A stretch of DNA of 64,000 nt from the NCBI RefSeq assembly GCF_006345805.1, contig NC_043006.1, positions 91,574,001 through 91,638,000 of the forward strand, in the 5' to 3' direction. Both the position numbers and the translations under genes were made by a program. The DNA is from Octopus sinensis. Taxonomy: Eukaryota. The notes beneath the pieces were generated by a model that saw nothing but the letters and a program-made list of their open reading frames with translations, was not told the origin of the DNA and searched no databases. Position 1 is the stretch's first letter. Every line of letters begins with the position of its first letter. This document shows positions 1 to 10,319 of this stretch, piece by piece.

Positions 1-937
1 AAGAAACAACAAAAGCTACAAAACAAATGAAATCCAAACTAAAAATAGAACAGCAACGAACCATGATAAAACGATGGCAAGAAAGGCCCCTTCATGGTAA
101 ATACTGGACTAAACTAAACGCAAAAGAAATAGACAAAGAAAAATCCCAGCAATGGTTGAGAAGCTCAGGACTCAAAGCAGAAACAGAGGGATTTTTAATT
201 GCAGCACAAGACCAAAGCCTCCCCACCAGAAATTACCAAAAACATGTAATGAAAAGAAATATAACAAGTAACTGCAGAATATGTGGAGATGGACAAGAAA
301 CAATAAATCATATTATCTCTAGCTGCCCAGTCCTGGCTAAGAAGGAATATATTCACAGACATGACAGAGTTAGAACCTACATACATTGGAAGCTATGCCA
401 ACATTATGGAATAACAACAGAAAAAAAATGGTATAGGCACACACCAGAAAAGGTCACAGAAAACGAGAAAGCAACCATACTCTGGGATATGCCGATACAC
501 ACAGATAGAAAAATTAAGGCCAACAGGCCAGATATAGTTGTCAGAGATCATGAAGACAAAAAAATGCTTTCTAATTGATGTATCAATACCGGCAGATGAC
601 AACGTGTCTCTAAAAGAAATGGAGAAACTCTCAAAATACAAAGACCTGGAAATAGAGGTAACCAGAATGTGGAATCTGAAAACAGAAACAATTCCTATCA
701 TAGTAGGTGCATTAGGCATGATAAAAAAATATTCAGACAAATACATAACAAAAACACCAGGACTTACAAACACATATAACATACAGAAAATTGCACTACT
801 AGGCACTGCACACATCCTACGCAGAACACTTTCCATACAATAACTATCATAACATCACAACAAATCACAACACATACCCAAGGCACACAGAGCTGCGCTC
901 GGTAGTGAAGTGAAAGCACGCTATAAAAATAAAACTA

Positions 938-940
<3 letters not shown>
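1..940 (+). mobile_element. R4/Dong-clade non-LTR retrotransposon, 3' part (CCHC zinc knuckle + restriction-like endonuclease + 3' UTR); continues beyond the window start
   Basis: ORFs 27-578 and 538-843 join by one frameshift in an A7 run near 550. They give LKAETEGFLIAAQDQSL, CRICGDGQETINHIISSCPVLA (CCHC), RHD, RPDIVV..CFLIDVSIP..KLSKYKDL (PD-(D/E)xK) and IQKIALLGTAHILRRTL*. The 3' UTR ends directly in a (TAA)n array. Confidence 0.93.

Positions 941-989
<49 letters not shown>
941..989 (+). repeat. (TAA)n microsatellite at the 3' junction of the Dong-like LINE
   Basis: Pure AAT run seen directly. Confidence 0.97.
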
Positions 990-990
990 G

Positions 991-1188
991 CATCGAAAAA
1001 TACCTTAGGAATGAGAACTCAGGTTCGAAATTTTCCCAAGACACCTGATGACGGCTGGAGGTTATATTAGCTGAATCGTTGTGTTAACAACAAACAAGAT
1101 GAGGACAAATATCCGTCAATTCTAAATAATGTAAATAATGTACATAATTCCTTTTCTCTTAAGTATAGAACTGGAATAATAATGATGG

Positions 1189-1219
<31 letters not shown>

Positions 1220-1413
1220 AATGACAACATCGAAAAATACCTTAGGAATGAGAACCCAGGTTCGAAATTTCCCCAAGACACCTGATGAAGGCTGGAGAGT
1301 ATATCAGCCGAAACGTTGTGCTAACAACAAACAAGATGAGGACAAATATCCGTCAAATGTAAATAATGTGAATAATTTAAATAATGTACATAATTCCTCA
1401 TCTCTTAGAACTG
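991..1413 (+). mobile_element. Two tandem ~185-bp hammerhead-containing units (991-1173, 1228-1413) separated by a (TGA)n spacer; Penelope pLTR-like or retrozyme-like
   Basis: Direct repeat catcgaaaaataccttaggaatgagaac...aactg. Each unit carries CTGATGA, a stem and GAA(A/T). Confidence 0.85.
1277..1322 (+). ncRNA. Minimal type I hammerhead ribozyme with palindromic stem III
   Basis: gacac | CTGATGA (1282-1288) | a | ggctg-gagagtatat-cagcc (stem II) | GAAA | cgt-t (ACGT palindrome, GUU site) | gtgct. The sister copy at 1040-1085 has gacac/gtgtt stem I but GAAT in place of GAAA. Confidence 0.75.
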
Positions 1414-1499
1414 TATTGTCTGGAAGGCTAATCCGAATAATTAAGTTACAAGTAGCTATGGACACAAACTTTTGCAATATTTACAAACGTACATAAATA

Positions 1500-2070
1500 A
1501 ATCCTTTATGGCTTAACCTGTTTTTAGACAAAGCGTAACTCCCCAACATAGTATCTAATTTCTTGACTGAAATCAGACAGCATTTACCACATAGCCACAA
1601 ATACCAGAAGCTTTTTAATGAGAACGGTACTACAGTCAGCTTCGACTGCACTGAGAATATTTGAGGCATAATGCATAAAATAAGGAGAAAGAACGGTACA
1701 CATGGTAAGCAAATACAAACTGACAATGTACCATTCCAGTCACTAAATGAAAAAATGCCGAATCTTATAGAAAGATTTAACCGAAAAATATTTCATAGAA
1801 TCAACAGATGGTAGATTTACGGAAAGTTAAACAATCTTTAAGAGAACACAGCAAAATATCTCTTCCAATATATCTGGAAAGTGAATGAAGAAAAATAAAA
1901 ATATCCACTCTCGAAACTGACCTCTTCCATTATCTTACTGTCAATGATTATTGTTTACTGTGCATTACAGAGAAATGCAATATACTTATGCAATTGATTG
2001 ACGCACTTAAAAAGAAGCAAGACACATGTAAATACGAGAATAAAGTTGCACGGAAGAATTCTGTGTAGTT
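1500..2070 (+). mobile_element. Degraded Penelope-like element (Naiad-like): RT C-terminal linker and GIY-YIG-end remnant
   Basis: Manual translation with stops gives LWLNLF..NIVSNFLTEIRQHLPHSHKYQKLFNENGTTVSFDCTENI, then QYIWKV, then YCLLCITEK...TCKYENK. These resemble the PLE motifs WFNPP..NIG..FL..I..HFP..HK..KIFN.N..KVSYSC, YIW.L and C.LC..EK..CRH.NK. Confidence 0.7.
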
Positions 2071-2535
2071 AATATAATAACGAGAAAGAATGGATCGGTG
2101 AAATATAAAGGAAAGTATCTCAGATTCATCGTATTCTGTTTAATGGAGCAACAATGAGTTCGACAGAAGAAATAGGATAGTGAAAGAGAGAGAGAGAGAG
2201 AGAGAGGGAGAGAGGGAGAGAGGGGAAAGAGAAGGCAAACTGTGGGAGGGAGTGGAGGAGGAACGATGTTATATATAACTATATGCTAAGGTAGATATTT
2301 ACAATGAAATGTCACATGTGAATGTTATCAGTTGACTGGGAATAAAATAAAATAAAAATACTTGGGTGTTTTTCATGCTTATTTAAGTCGCTTGACTGAT
2401 TGAAAATAGAAGGAATCCAATCGATTTCTCTGAGAGCTTCTATCACATATGGAGATTTCTAAAAGATTCTTGAACTCGGCAGTTCAAGCTAAAGGGTAAA
2501 TCTAAAGGAGAAACTCTTAATTATAAAGTGCTTAT

Positions 2536-2655
2536 GCGCAGGTATGGGCGTGTGGTGAAGAAGTCCATTTTGCAAACACCTGGTTTTGGGTTCAGTCTCA
2601 GCGCATGGCACCTTGAACAAGTGATTTTTTACTATAATTCCAGGTTCACCAATTC
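2536..2655 (+). mobile_element. tRNA-derived SINE (family B), degraded 5' part
   Basis: gcgcagg..gtgtggt..ggttttgggttcagtctca..ggcaccttgaacaagtg matches the head of the copies at 28007 and 41470-41835. Confidence 0.6.
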
Positions 2656-2739
2656 TGGGAATTCTGAATAAGGTTCACAGTACTTGTGTTAACATTCGAG
2701 ATAGCAAGTTTTCAATACACATGCATAAATACACACACA

Positions 2740-3228
2740 CGCGCACACACACACACACACACACACATACATGCATACGTACATACATACACACGTATAC
2801 TGTTTGACCTATACATGACACTCCCAATAAATGTGTTGTGTGCCGTTCTTTCGTTTGTCCACTCACTTGTCTCTGCTTTTTTAAATGCTTTTATTTATAG
2901 CTTTATATCTTCTTTGAGATCCAGTGCTCCAGAAAGAACTATTTCTCGTTTTGTCGAAAATTTGTAAAATCCTGCGACACAACACACACACACACACACA
3001 CACACATACATGCATACGTACATACATACACACGTATACTGTTTGACCTATACATGACACTCCCAATAAATGTGTTGTGTGCCGTTCTTTCGTTTGTCCA
3101 CTCACTTGTCTCTGCTTTTTTAAATGCTTTTATTTATAGCTTTATATCTTCTTTGAGATCCAGTGCTCCAGAAAGAACTATTTCTCGTTTTGTCGAAAAT
3201 TTGTAAAATCCTGCGACACAACACACAC

Positions 3229-3240
<12 letters not shown>
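2740..3240. repeat. Apparently exact 239-bp tandem duplication bounded by (CA)n
   Basis: The unique block catacatgcatacg...cctgcgacacaac occurs at about 2766-2985 and 3005-3224 with no differences seen. Confidence 0.95.
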
Positions 3241-3262
<22 letters not shown>

Positions 3263-3277
3263 ATATATATATATATA

Positions 3278-3339
<62 letters not shown>

Positions 3340-3484
3340 TACATTCTAGATCGTTCGATTTCTCTCAACCGATCAATGGGCCGATCGAGTAAACCTATCT
3401 ATAACAAACCTGACTCCTGGAAAACAGCTTTAAGTCAAATTGACTACAATCAAAAGTATGCTATAACCATTATTGATGCATTGT

Positions 3485-3518
<34 letters not shown>

Positions 3519-3913
3519 GTACGCAAATACACCTATCTAATGTGAGCCATTAAATAAAGCACAAAATAAAAAAAATCGAAGCATATATATATTAAAATAA
3601 TATACATATAATTTTAAAGGTGGCCGTAAATATGTTTCCATAGGATAAATGCGAGTAACAAAAGAGACTGGTGCTTCCGTCATCAGCAAGACACCAAAGA
3701 TGTTTGCTCGAGTTATATCCGTTTGTGCCAGACAGAAAGCAAAACGGGGGGTTTGTAAACAAATTCAAAATTTTGTAAATTTCAAACAGAAACTTTTTGA
3801 AAGAAGTATTCTCTACACTAAAGCGATCGACAATTTTGGTTATAAAATTTGCATCACTCACTAGAGACATTCCTATATACATAAATCCATACCCACGCAG
3901 TATATATGCACAC

Positions 3914-3989
<76 letters not shown>
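3914..3989. repeat. (TCTA)n tetranucleotide microsatellite
   Basis: Seen directly. Confidence 0.97.
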
Positions 3990-3990
<1 letters not shown>

Positions 3991-4020
3991 CATATAAAAA
4001 CACACAAGCACACATATGTT

Positions 4021-4057
<37 letters not shown>

Positions 4058-4299
4058 GTACACACATATATATATACATATACATACATACATATATATA
4101 CGCATATATATACACACGTTCGTGCGTATGTATTTATGTTTACATTGGCACACATATAGACACAAATACATACACTCGACTTTCAGGCGATAGACTGTCC
4201 GGCTGTAAATCTTATTTTAATGACGTCATAAATAGTTAATGTGTTTGCTAACGAGTCTGCTACATCGAGCGTTTGAGAAGAGGCCTTCCAAGAATAAAT

Positions 4300-5140
4300 G
4301 ATTTTGTTTGAATACTAAAATCATTATTGGTGTGGCAATCGCTATAATATTCTCTCGAATATCCTTAACGAATATTTCTTGTTCCTCTTTCTCATATTTG
4401 TATTTAATTTCGAAGTTATGGTGTGTTAAATGGAGCCAGTTAAACGGAGATAGGCAAAGTAAATATATTAAAAACTTAATGAGTTATCTGGTCCAATATA
4501 TTTCTTCTTACATCGTTTCCACCGCGTATTTCTATCTTCAAGATATGTCCTTCATTTGGTTTTGCAAAAGGGTTTTATGATGTATTAGGAAATTATTATT
4601 CCTAAAGTGCAATAAAATCGGTATGAAGATGTTGAACTTGTTGCGTATGGGTCCTGTCCCGCGCTCTTAACAATTCATACCGTTTTCACGTTCTCACACC
4701 CGAGTAAATAATAATTATTTCTGTAGTTCTTGGAAAATGGTATGTGTTCAATGTGCAAACAATATATTCTAGATTGGTAATGAAACTTAAGTATGTTATT
4801 CAATGCTCTATTAAAACGGGGACCTCGTAACCTATCAAACAGTGAATAAGATTCTTGACCAATACGATGAATATATCATTAATACAACATTGAAATGCAT
4901 CTATTGTGCAGATAGCATCACAACAGAACTCTGATATTCTCAACAATTCATTGTTATTTCAGTCTGATTTGTTAATAATTTACCAATAAATCTCTCTAAA
5001 TGAATATTTACAAACTGATCGAATATGACTCTGTTTTGTGTGTGAATGATGAGCACAAAATAATTTTCCATTACCAAACGTTCATATGAACAGAATGTCA
5101 ACAACGATAATAATAGCATGAAATTCAATGGGAAAAATAT
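4300..5140 (-). mobile_element. Highly degraded Penelope-like element (RT core to GIY-YIG)
   Basis: Minus-strand fragments in the expected order: LVMENYF..FVNIHLERF, CINDIFIVLV (about RYIDDIFIIW), LNNILKF..IPF, and HILKIEIRG/KRCKKKYIG (YIG motif, near 4490-4530). Confidence 0.5.
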
Positions 5141-5460
5141 TTTCATAAACCCGTTTCGAAAACTACGGAAATATAATTAACACAGGCAGAAATAACGACG
5201 ACGACGACGCTAGCTAAAGAATAAAATTATGCATCGAATGGTTTCGAACATGTCAAAATATATCATGTGCGAAGGAAGCACAGGTTCAAGTTTTGACAAC
5301 TGCTTTCTTGTTCTTCATCTTGATATTATCGTGATAAATGGAGGTCAATAGGTGCATTAACGCTGTAGGCATTTGATTTACACCTTAACTATCGATTATC
5401 ATTGTTTCGGAGGAGAAATTGTAAAGCAATCGATTGGGAATAATAAAGATTCCCTCGGCC

Positions 5461-5501
<41 letters not shown>

Positions 5502-6243
5502 ACACAAGCATTCTAACTCTCACTTATACACGTACATGCACACACACACATACAAGCACAAAGCACACGCATACACAGACAGACAGAGACACACACACAA
5601 GTACACGTAAACACAGGCATGCCAACACACACACATGTACGTGTACACACACACACACACACACACGCACACATATTCTTATCTTGTCCTCAAGTTTACC
5701 TAATTCGATAAAATCATTCCCAGTCGAGAATTCTAGCTCATTCGCCATTACATCTTAGCATTAGACATCTTACCGTGCTATAAATTCCTCTTTGACAAAT
5801 GGTGTTCAGTAATAATGGCATTACAAGACATATATTCATCAATTTATTCACAGGTATCTGATTAAGGAGCTAATTGTCATTTATTTTCTGATCCCAGCTA
5901 TATTTACAAATCACAGATTGTCAGGTATTTTCTTTGGTTGTCAAAGACAACATAATGTTTTCAATAGCACTAGAGTCGGACATTATAACAAGACACATTC
6001 CTAATGAATCAATTTCCATTATTAATAGTTCATTTCAAATTTTCATATTTATTTTAGCAACAATAAGGTAAAAATCCAATTTTCATTCATTCATGAATTT
6101 TAACAAACGATAAAAGCAGTATATTCTTACAGCATCATTAAATCAAAATTTCAGTTGTGTGTTTGTATCAGAAAGCTAAATAATAGACTTTACCGATAAC
6201 GATTTCTAATATTCATGCCAGAAATATTAAAAGTTTACCATAA

Positions 6244-6434
6244 GGCGGCGAGCTGTCAGAATCGATAGCATTTCTTCTGTCTTTACGGCCTGAGTTCAAA
6301 TTTCACCGAGGTCGACTTCAACTTTCATCTTTTCGGGGTCAATAAAATAAATACCAGTTGAACAATGGAGTCAATGTAATCAACTTAACGGCTTCAATGA
6401 AATTACTGATCCTGTGCCAAAATTTGAAATCAAT
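6244..6434 (+). mobile_element. tRNA-derived SINE (family A)
   Basis: ggcggcgagctg.cagaatcg..tgagttcaaat..gaggtcgact..ctttcatc..ggggtc.ataaaataa.taccagttg..tgtgccaaaatttgaaa. Multiple copies in the window. It resembles described octopus tRNA SINEs, but the family name is not verified. Confidence 0.85.
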
Positions 6435-6559
6435 ATAAAAAACTTACGAAGAAATATATTTGCATGAATATCAGTTTGGTAAATGTGTGAAACTGTGAAT
6501 GCAATGCGTGCATCATTTTCTCAAAGACATTACGAAAATATTGGTTATAGTCTCTAGTA

Positions 6560-6830
6560 CTTTACACAGAGTTTCAGATGACGAGACATCGTTGTCCTGT
6601 ACAGTTGCAGGTCTGTCGAACACCTACTCTCAGGCGAGGAATATATCGGCCAGTTCCTCTTTCACAGTCCTCGGCCACGTCTCGAGAGGTCCACCCTTGA
6701 TTTTCACTCCAGAGATATAGAATTACTGATTTATTCACGGGCAATGCACAGCATGTGACCGACCAACTTCCGCCATTTCATAGCGTTGGTACATCGTAGG
6801 TTAGTCATGTCTGGGCCTTTACATAACTCC
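6560..6830 (-). mobile_element. Possible RTE-clade LINE 3'-end remnant
   Basis: Minus-strand KWRKLVGHMLC...SRRGR resembles the RTE C-terminal R.RW.GH..R...RGRP. Very decayed. Confidence 0.35.
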
Positions 6831-7467
6831 TTCATTCATGATGTCACTCCAAGAAATTCTTGTCGTTTACTTTTAATGACAGCTACAAAAGTTTGCAGAA
6901 ACAGCACAACATCGAAGTAATTTAGGAGATTAACTCTGCTTCAGCGAAAATTACATAAATAACACCAGTGAAATATTTTAAACTTTTTAGAATTGGCTAA
7001 TTGGAATCCCAGCTAATCAATCTTGAACTTAAAAGCAACAAAAACTAGAAAAAAACTCGAAAAGAAAATCTATTTAGCACAAATGTGCACAACAATAGCT
7101 ATCTTTGATTTATATAAAAGATGTAAAGAAAAACCAAAGAAACAAAAAAATGTAAGACGAACAAGCTCATAACATCGAGTCAAACATGTTAACGAAAGAC
7201 GAGAAGTCTGAGAGGTGTCATTAATATCAGGAATTACTAATAGTTTGTAAATCTTTGTGAATACAATATGACGAGAAAAGTATTGGAGGTAAATTTACAT
7301 TTTCCAACAGGAGGCTTTTCTTTTCATCTCCTATTTCTAATTTTCAATATAAATATTGATCCGTCTACTGTTGCGTAAGATACACAATAGCAGAGCTCTA
7401 CAACTATATGACAAATTTTGATTTAGCTTTCACATCATTGGATACACACACTCACACACACGTATAA

Positions 7468-7535
<68 letters not shown>

Positions 7536-7612
7536 ATGTGTGTGTGCGTGTGCGTGTGCATGTGTGTGTGTATCTTTATATATACATATATCTATCTATA
7601 TATTATATATGT

Positions 7613-7657
<45 letters not shown>

Positions 7658-7934
7658 GTATATATATATATACACATCTATATATATATGCGTACAAAAT
7701 ATGGGGGTTTAGTTTACAGGTGATCTAAACGACTAGGTAACGGATTACCAGGTCTCCAAGGTTATAGCCAAGACGGGAGTTATGGAACCATTGCGGATTT
7801 CCGATAAAGCAGATATATAATTGTTAAGGAGGACAACAAACGTTAAGGGACGACAAACACCTCAAGTCATCTATACGTTATTATTATTGGAAAAATATTA
7901 AAGTCTTCCAGCTGTTTCTGGGATATCACAAAAT

Positions 7935-8212
7935 ACAGGATATTCTCCCAGCGGAGACAAATAGGGAAAATGTGAAGGGTACAGATTAAGGAGACGATGT
8001 CATAGGGGACTGGAGAAAAGGAATAAAGGAAAGAAGACAAGGAAAAAGGAGCATAAAAATTCACAGTTCAAATTACCGATAGCGAACATTTATGGTCTTC
8101 TTTTCCTTGTCTTCTTTCCTTTATTCTTTTTCTCCAGTCCCCTATGACATCATCTCTTTAATCTGTACCCTTCACATTTTCCCTATTTGTCTCCGCTGGG
8201 AGAATATCCTGT
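7935..8212. repeat. Fold-back with ~112-bp inverted arms (7935-8046 / 8101-8212) and a 54-bp spacer
   Basis: The arms are reverse complements with about 3 mismatches. Confidence 0.92.
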
Positions 8213-8886
8213 GTGTGTATAGATGTAAGTATGTGTATGCGTGTAGATATGAATTTGTAGGTACGTGTACGTATGTGTATATACGTGCATGTATGTATAT
8301 GTATGTGTGTAGGTAGGTATATGTAGGTATGCTTTTATGTACACGTGTATGCGTGCATGTGTGCTAATATGTACTTAAAAGCGTATGGATGCGTATATAT
8401 GCGTATGTATGTTTATATGCACAAATGTCTGCATATAGGCATATGCGTCTATATATGCGGGCAGATGTTCATGTGTGTTTATGTGTATTGAAGTACATTT
8501 ATATATGTGGTTTTGTGTGGACATAGTTATGTGTTCGTTTATGTGAAAGTCGGTACACTTATGTATGTGTATGAGTGTGCGTGTGTGTGTATATGTATGT
8601 GTATACATAGAACACGTGCGTTTGTGTATGTGTATGAGTGTGCGTGTGAGTGTGTGTGCGTGTGTGAGTGTTTGTGTTCGAATCAGTGGGAAGAAAGATA
8701 GAAAGGAAGGGAGAGGGGCAATAAAGGGTTTTTTTTTAGGCCGGCTAGCTCCCTCGGGAGGGTCTTACTTCAGTGCCGGCCTCGTAGGTCGAGGTCAAAA
8801 TAAAAATAAAAATAAAAATAAAATAAAATAAGGGAAGAAATGGGTGTGTATATGGGTGCATGTATATACATATGTATATGTATGTA

Positions 8887-8935
<49 letters not shown>

Positions 8936-9114
8936 ATATATATGTGTGTATATATATATATATATATGAGCGTGTGTGTATGGGGGTGTATATTCTTTTT
9001 ATATATATGTGTGTAGATATATGTGTGCGTGTGCTTGCATGTTGGCATGTATGTGTGTGTGTATTTGTATATATATATATGTATATATTTATATAAGAAT
9101 GAATGTTTTTATAT

Positions 9115-9770
9115 ATAATGAACGTGAAATACAGGAAGGGACGAACACGGAACACAGACAAATCATTCGAAGCCTTCAATCTTCAGTCAGACACCGAATC
9201 ATCATAGCAAATTTCGGCTGTTCAATTCTGATATTTGCTCCAACTCGGCCAGCCCCAAGAAAAAAAACTAAGCTGTAAGCATTAGATTTCTTGGTAGAAG
9301 ACAGGAATGTGAACGCACAAGACGGATGTGAATACAAGAGACGAAAACGAAATTGAAAACAGTAATGAATAAACAAAATATATATAACGGTGGTTGTCAT
9401 ACGACTTTAGACCAAATGAGACAAAACAACAACAACATAGCAGCTGGCGTAGAAATAATTACCGTTTCGGTAGCGGGGACACATGTTGGTCGAGATACGA
9501 AGGCCAACAGAATGGTTGAAGAAGCAGCAGGTCGCGGGAGAGAGAGAAAGAGAGACAGAGAGAGAGGGAATCAAAGAGGGTGGAAGGCAGGGGACAGAAT
9601 CAGTGACCAAGAGAGAAGGAGAAAGAAGGGATTAAGGAGGATGGGAGGAAGAGGGGGGGAGGAAGAGAGGGGGAGGAAGAGAGGGGAAGAATCGGAGGGC
9701 GCCAAAAAGTTTGGTGAAGAAGCAATGGCGGGTAGTAAAAGACAGTGTGTATAGAAGTCGTGCAGGGTTT
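9115..9770 (-). mobile_element. Diverged relative of the 43274-44170 element, between TA-rich microsatellites
   Basis: The reverse complement shares tctaatg..gcttag..ggctggcc..ggagcaa..cagccgaaat.tgct..gatga..gactgaNga.tga.ggcttcgaatg and the CT-rich internal tract. Confidence 0.6.
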
Positions 9771-9776
9771 AAAATT

Positions 9777-9819
<43 letters not shown>

Positions 9820-10159
9820 AATGTATGGATATATGTATGTGTGTATGTATGAGTATGTGTATGGGTGTGTACGTATATGTATGTATATGGGTGCATATAT
9901 ATATATATATGTATGTGTGTATGTGTGTATATGTATATATATATATATATGTATGTATATATATATGTGTATATATATAAGTGATAGTCTTCTGTTTTAC
10001 CTAAAACTTTATTCTATCTATTCTTTTATCTACTTTATCACTGATTCTTTTGACCACTCCCCTAAGAAAGACAGTTTGCGCCATGCCTACCCCAAAAGTC
10101 CCCCCCCACCACTTTAAATCTGCCTAAATGTATAAATGCCAAAACTATTCTTGTCACCT

Positions 10160-10210
10160 AGCTTCCTGATGATTTCTTTTGAATGAAACAGTTCTAGTCC
10201 TGTAGAAGCT
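10160..10210 (+). ncRNA. Near-canonical type I hammerhead ribozyme in a ~255-bp insert (9980-10235) in (TA)n
   Basis: Stem I agcttc/gaagct; CTGATGA at 10166-10172; stem II ttc-tttt-gaa with a U.U at the closing position; GAAA at 10185-10188; stem III ACAG/CTGT with an 8-nt loop; GUA cleavage triplet at 10202-10204. Confidence 0.72.
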
Positions 10211-10232
10211 CCTTCTATAAAATAAATAAATA

Positions 10233-10272
<40 letters not shown>

Positions 10273-10282
10273 TATATATATA

Positions 10283-10319
<37 letters not shown>

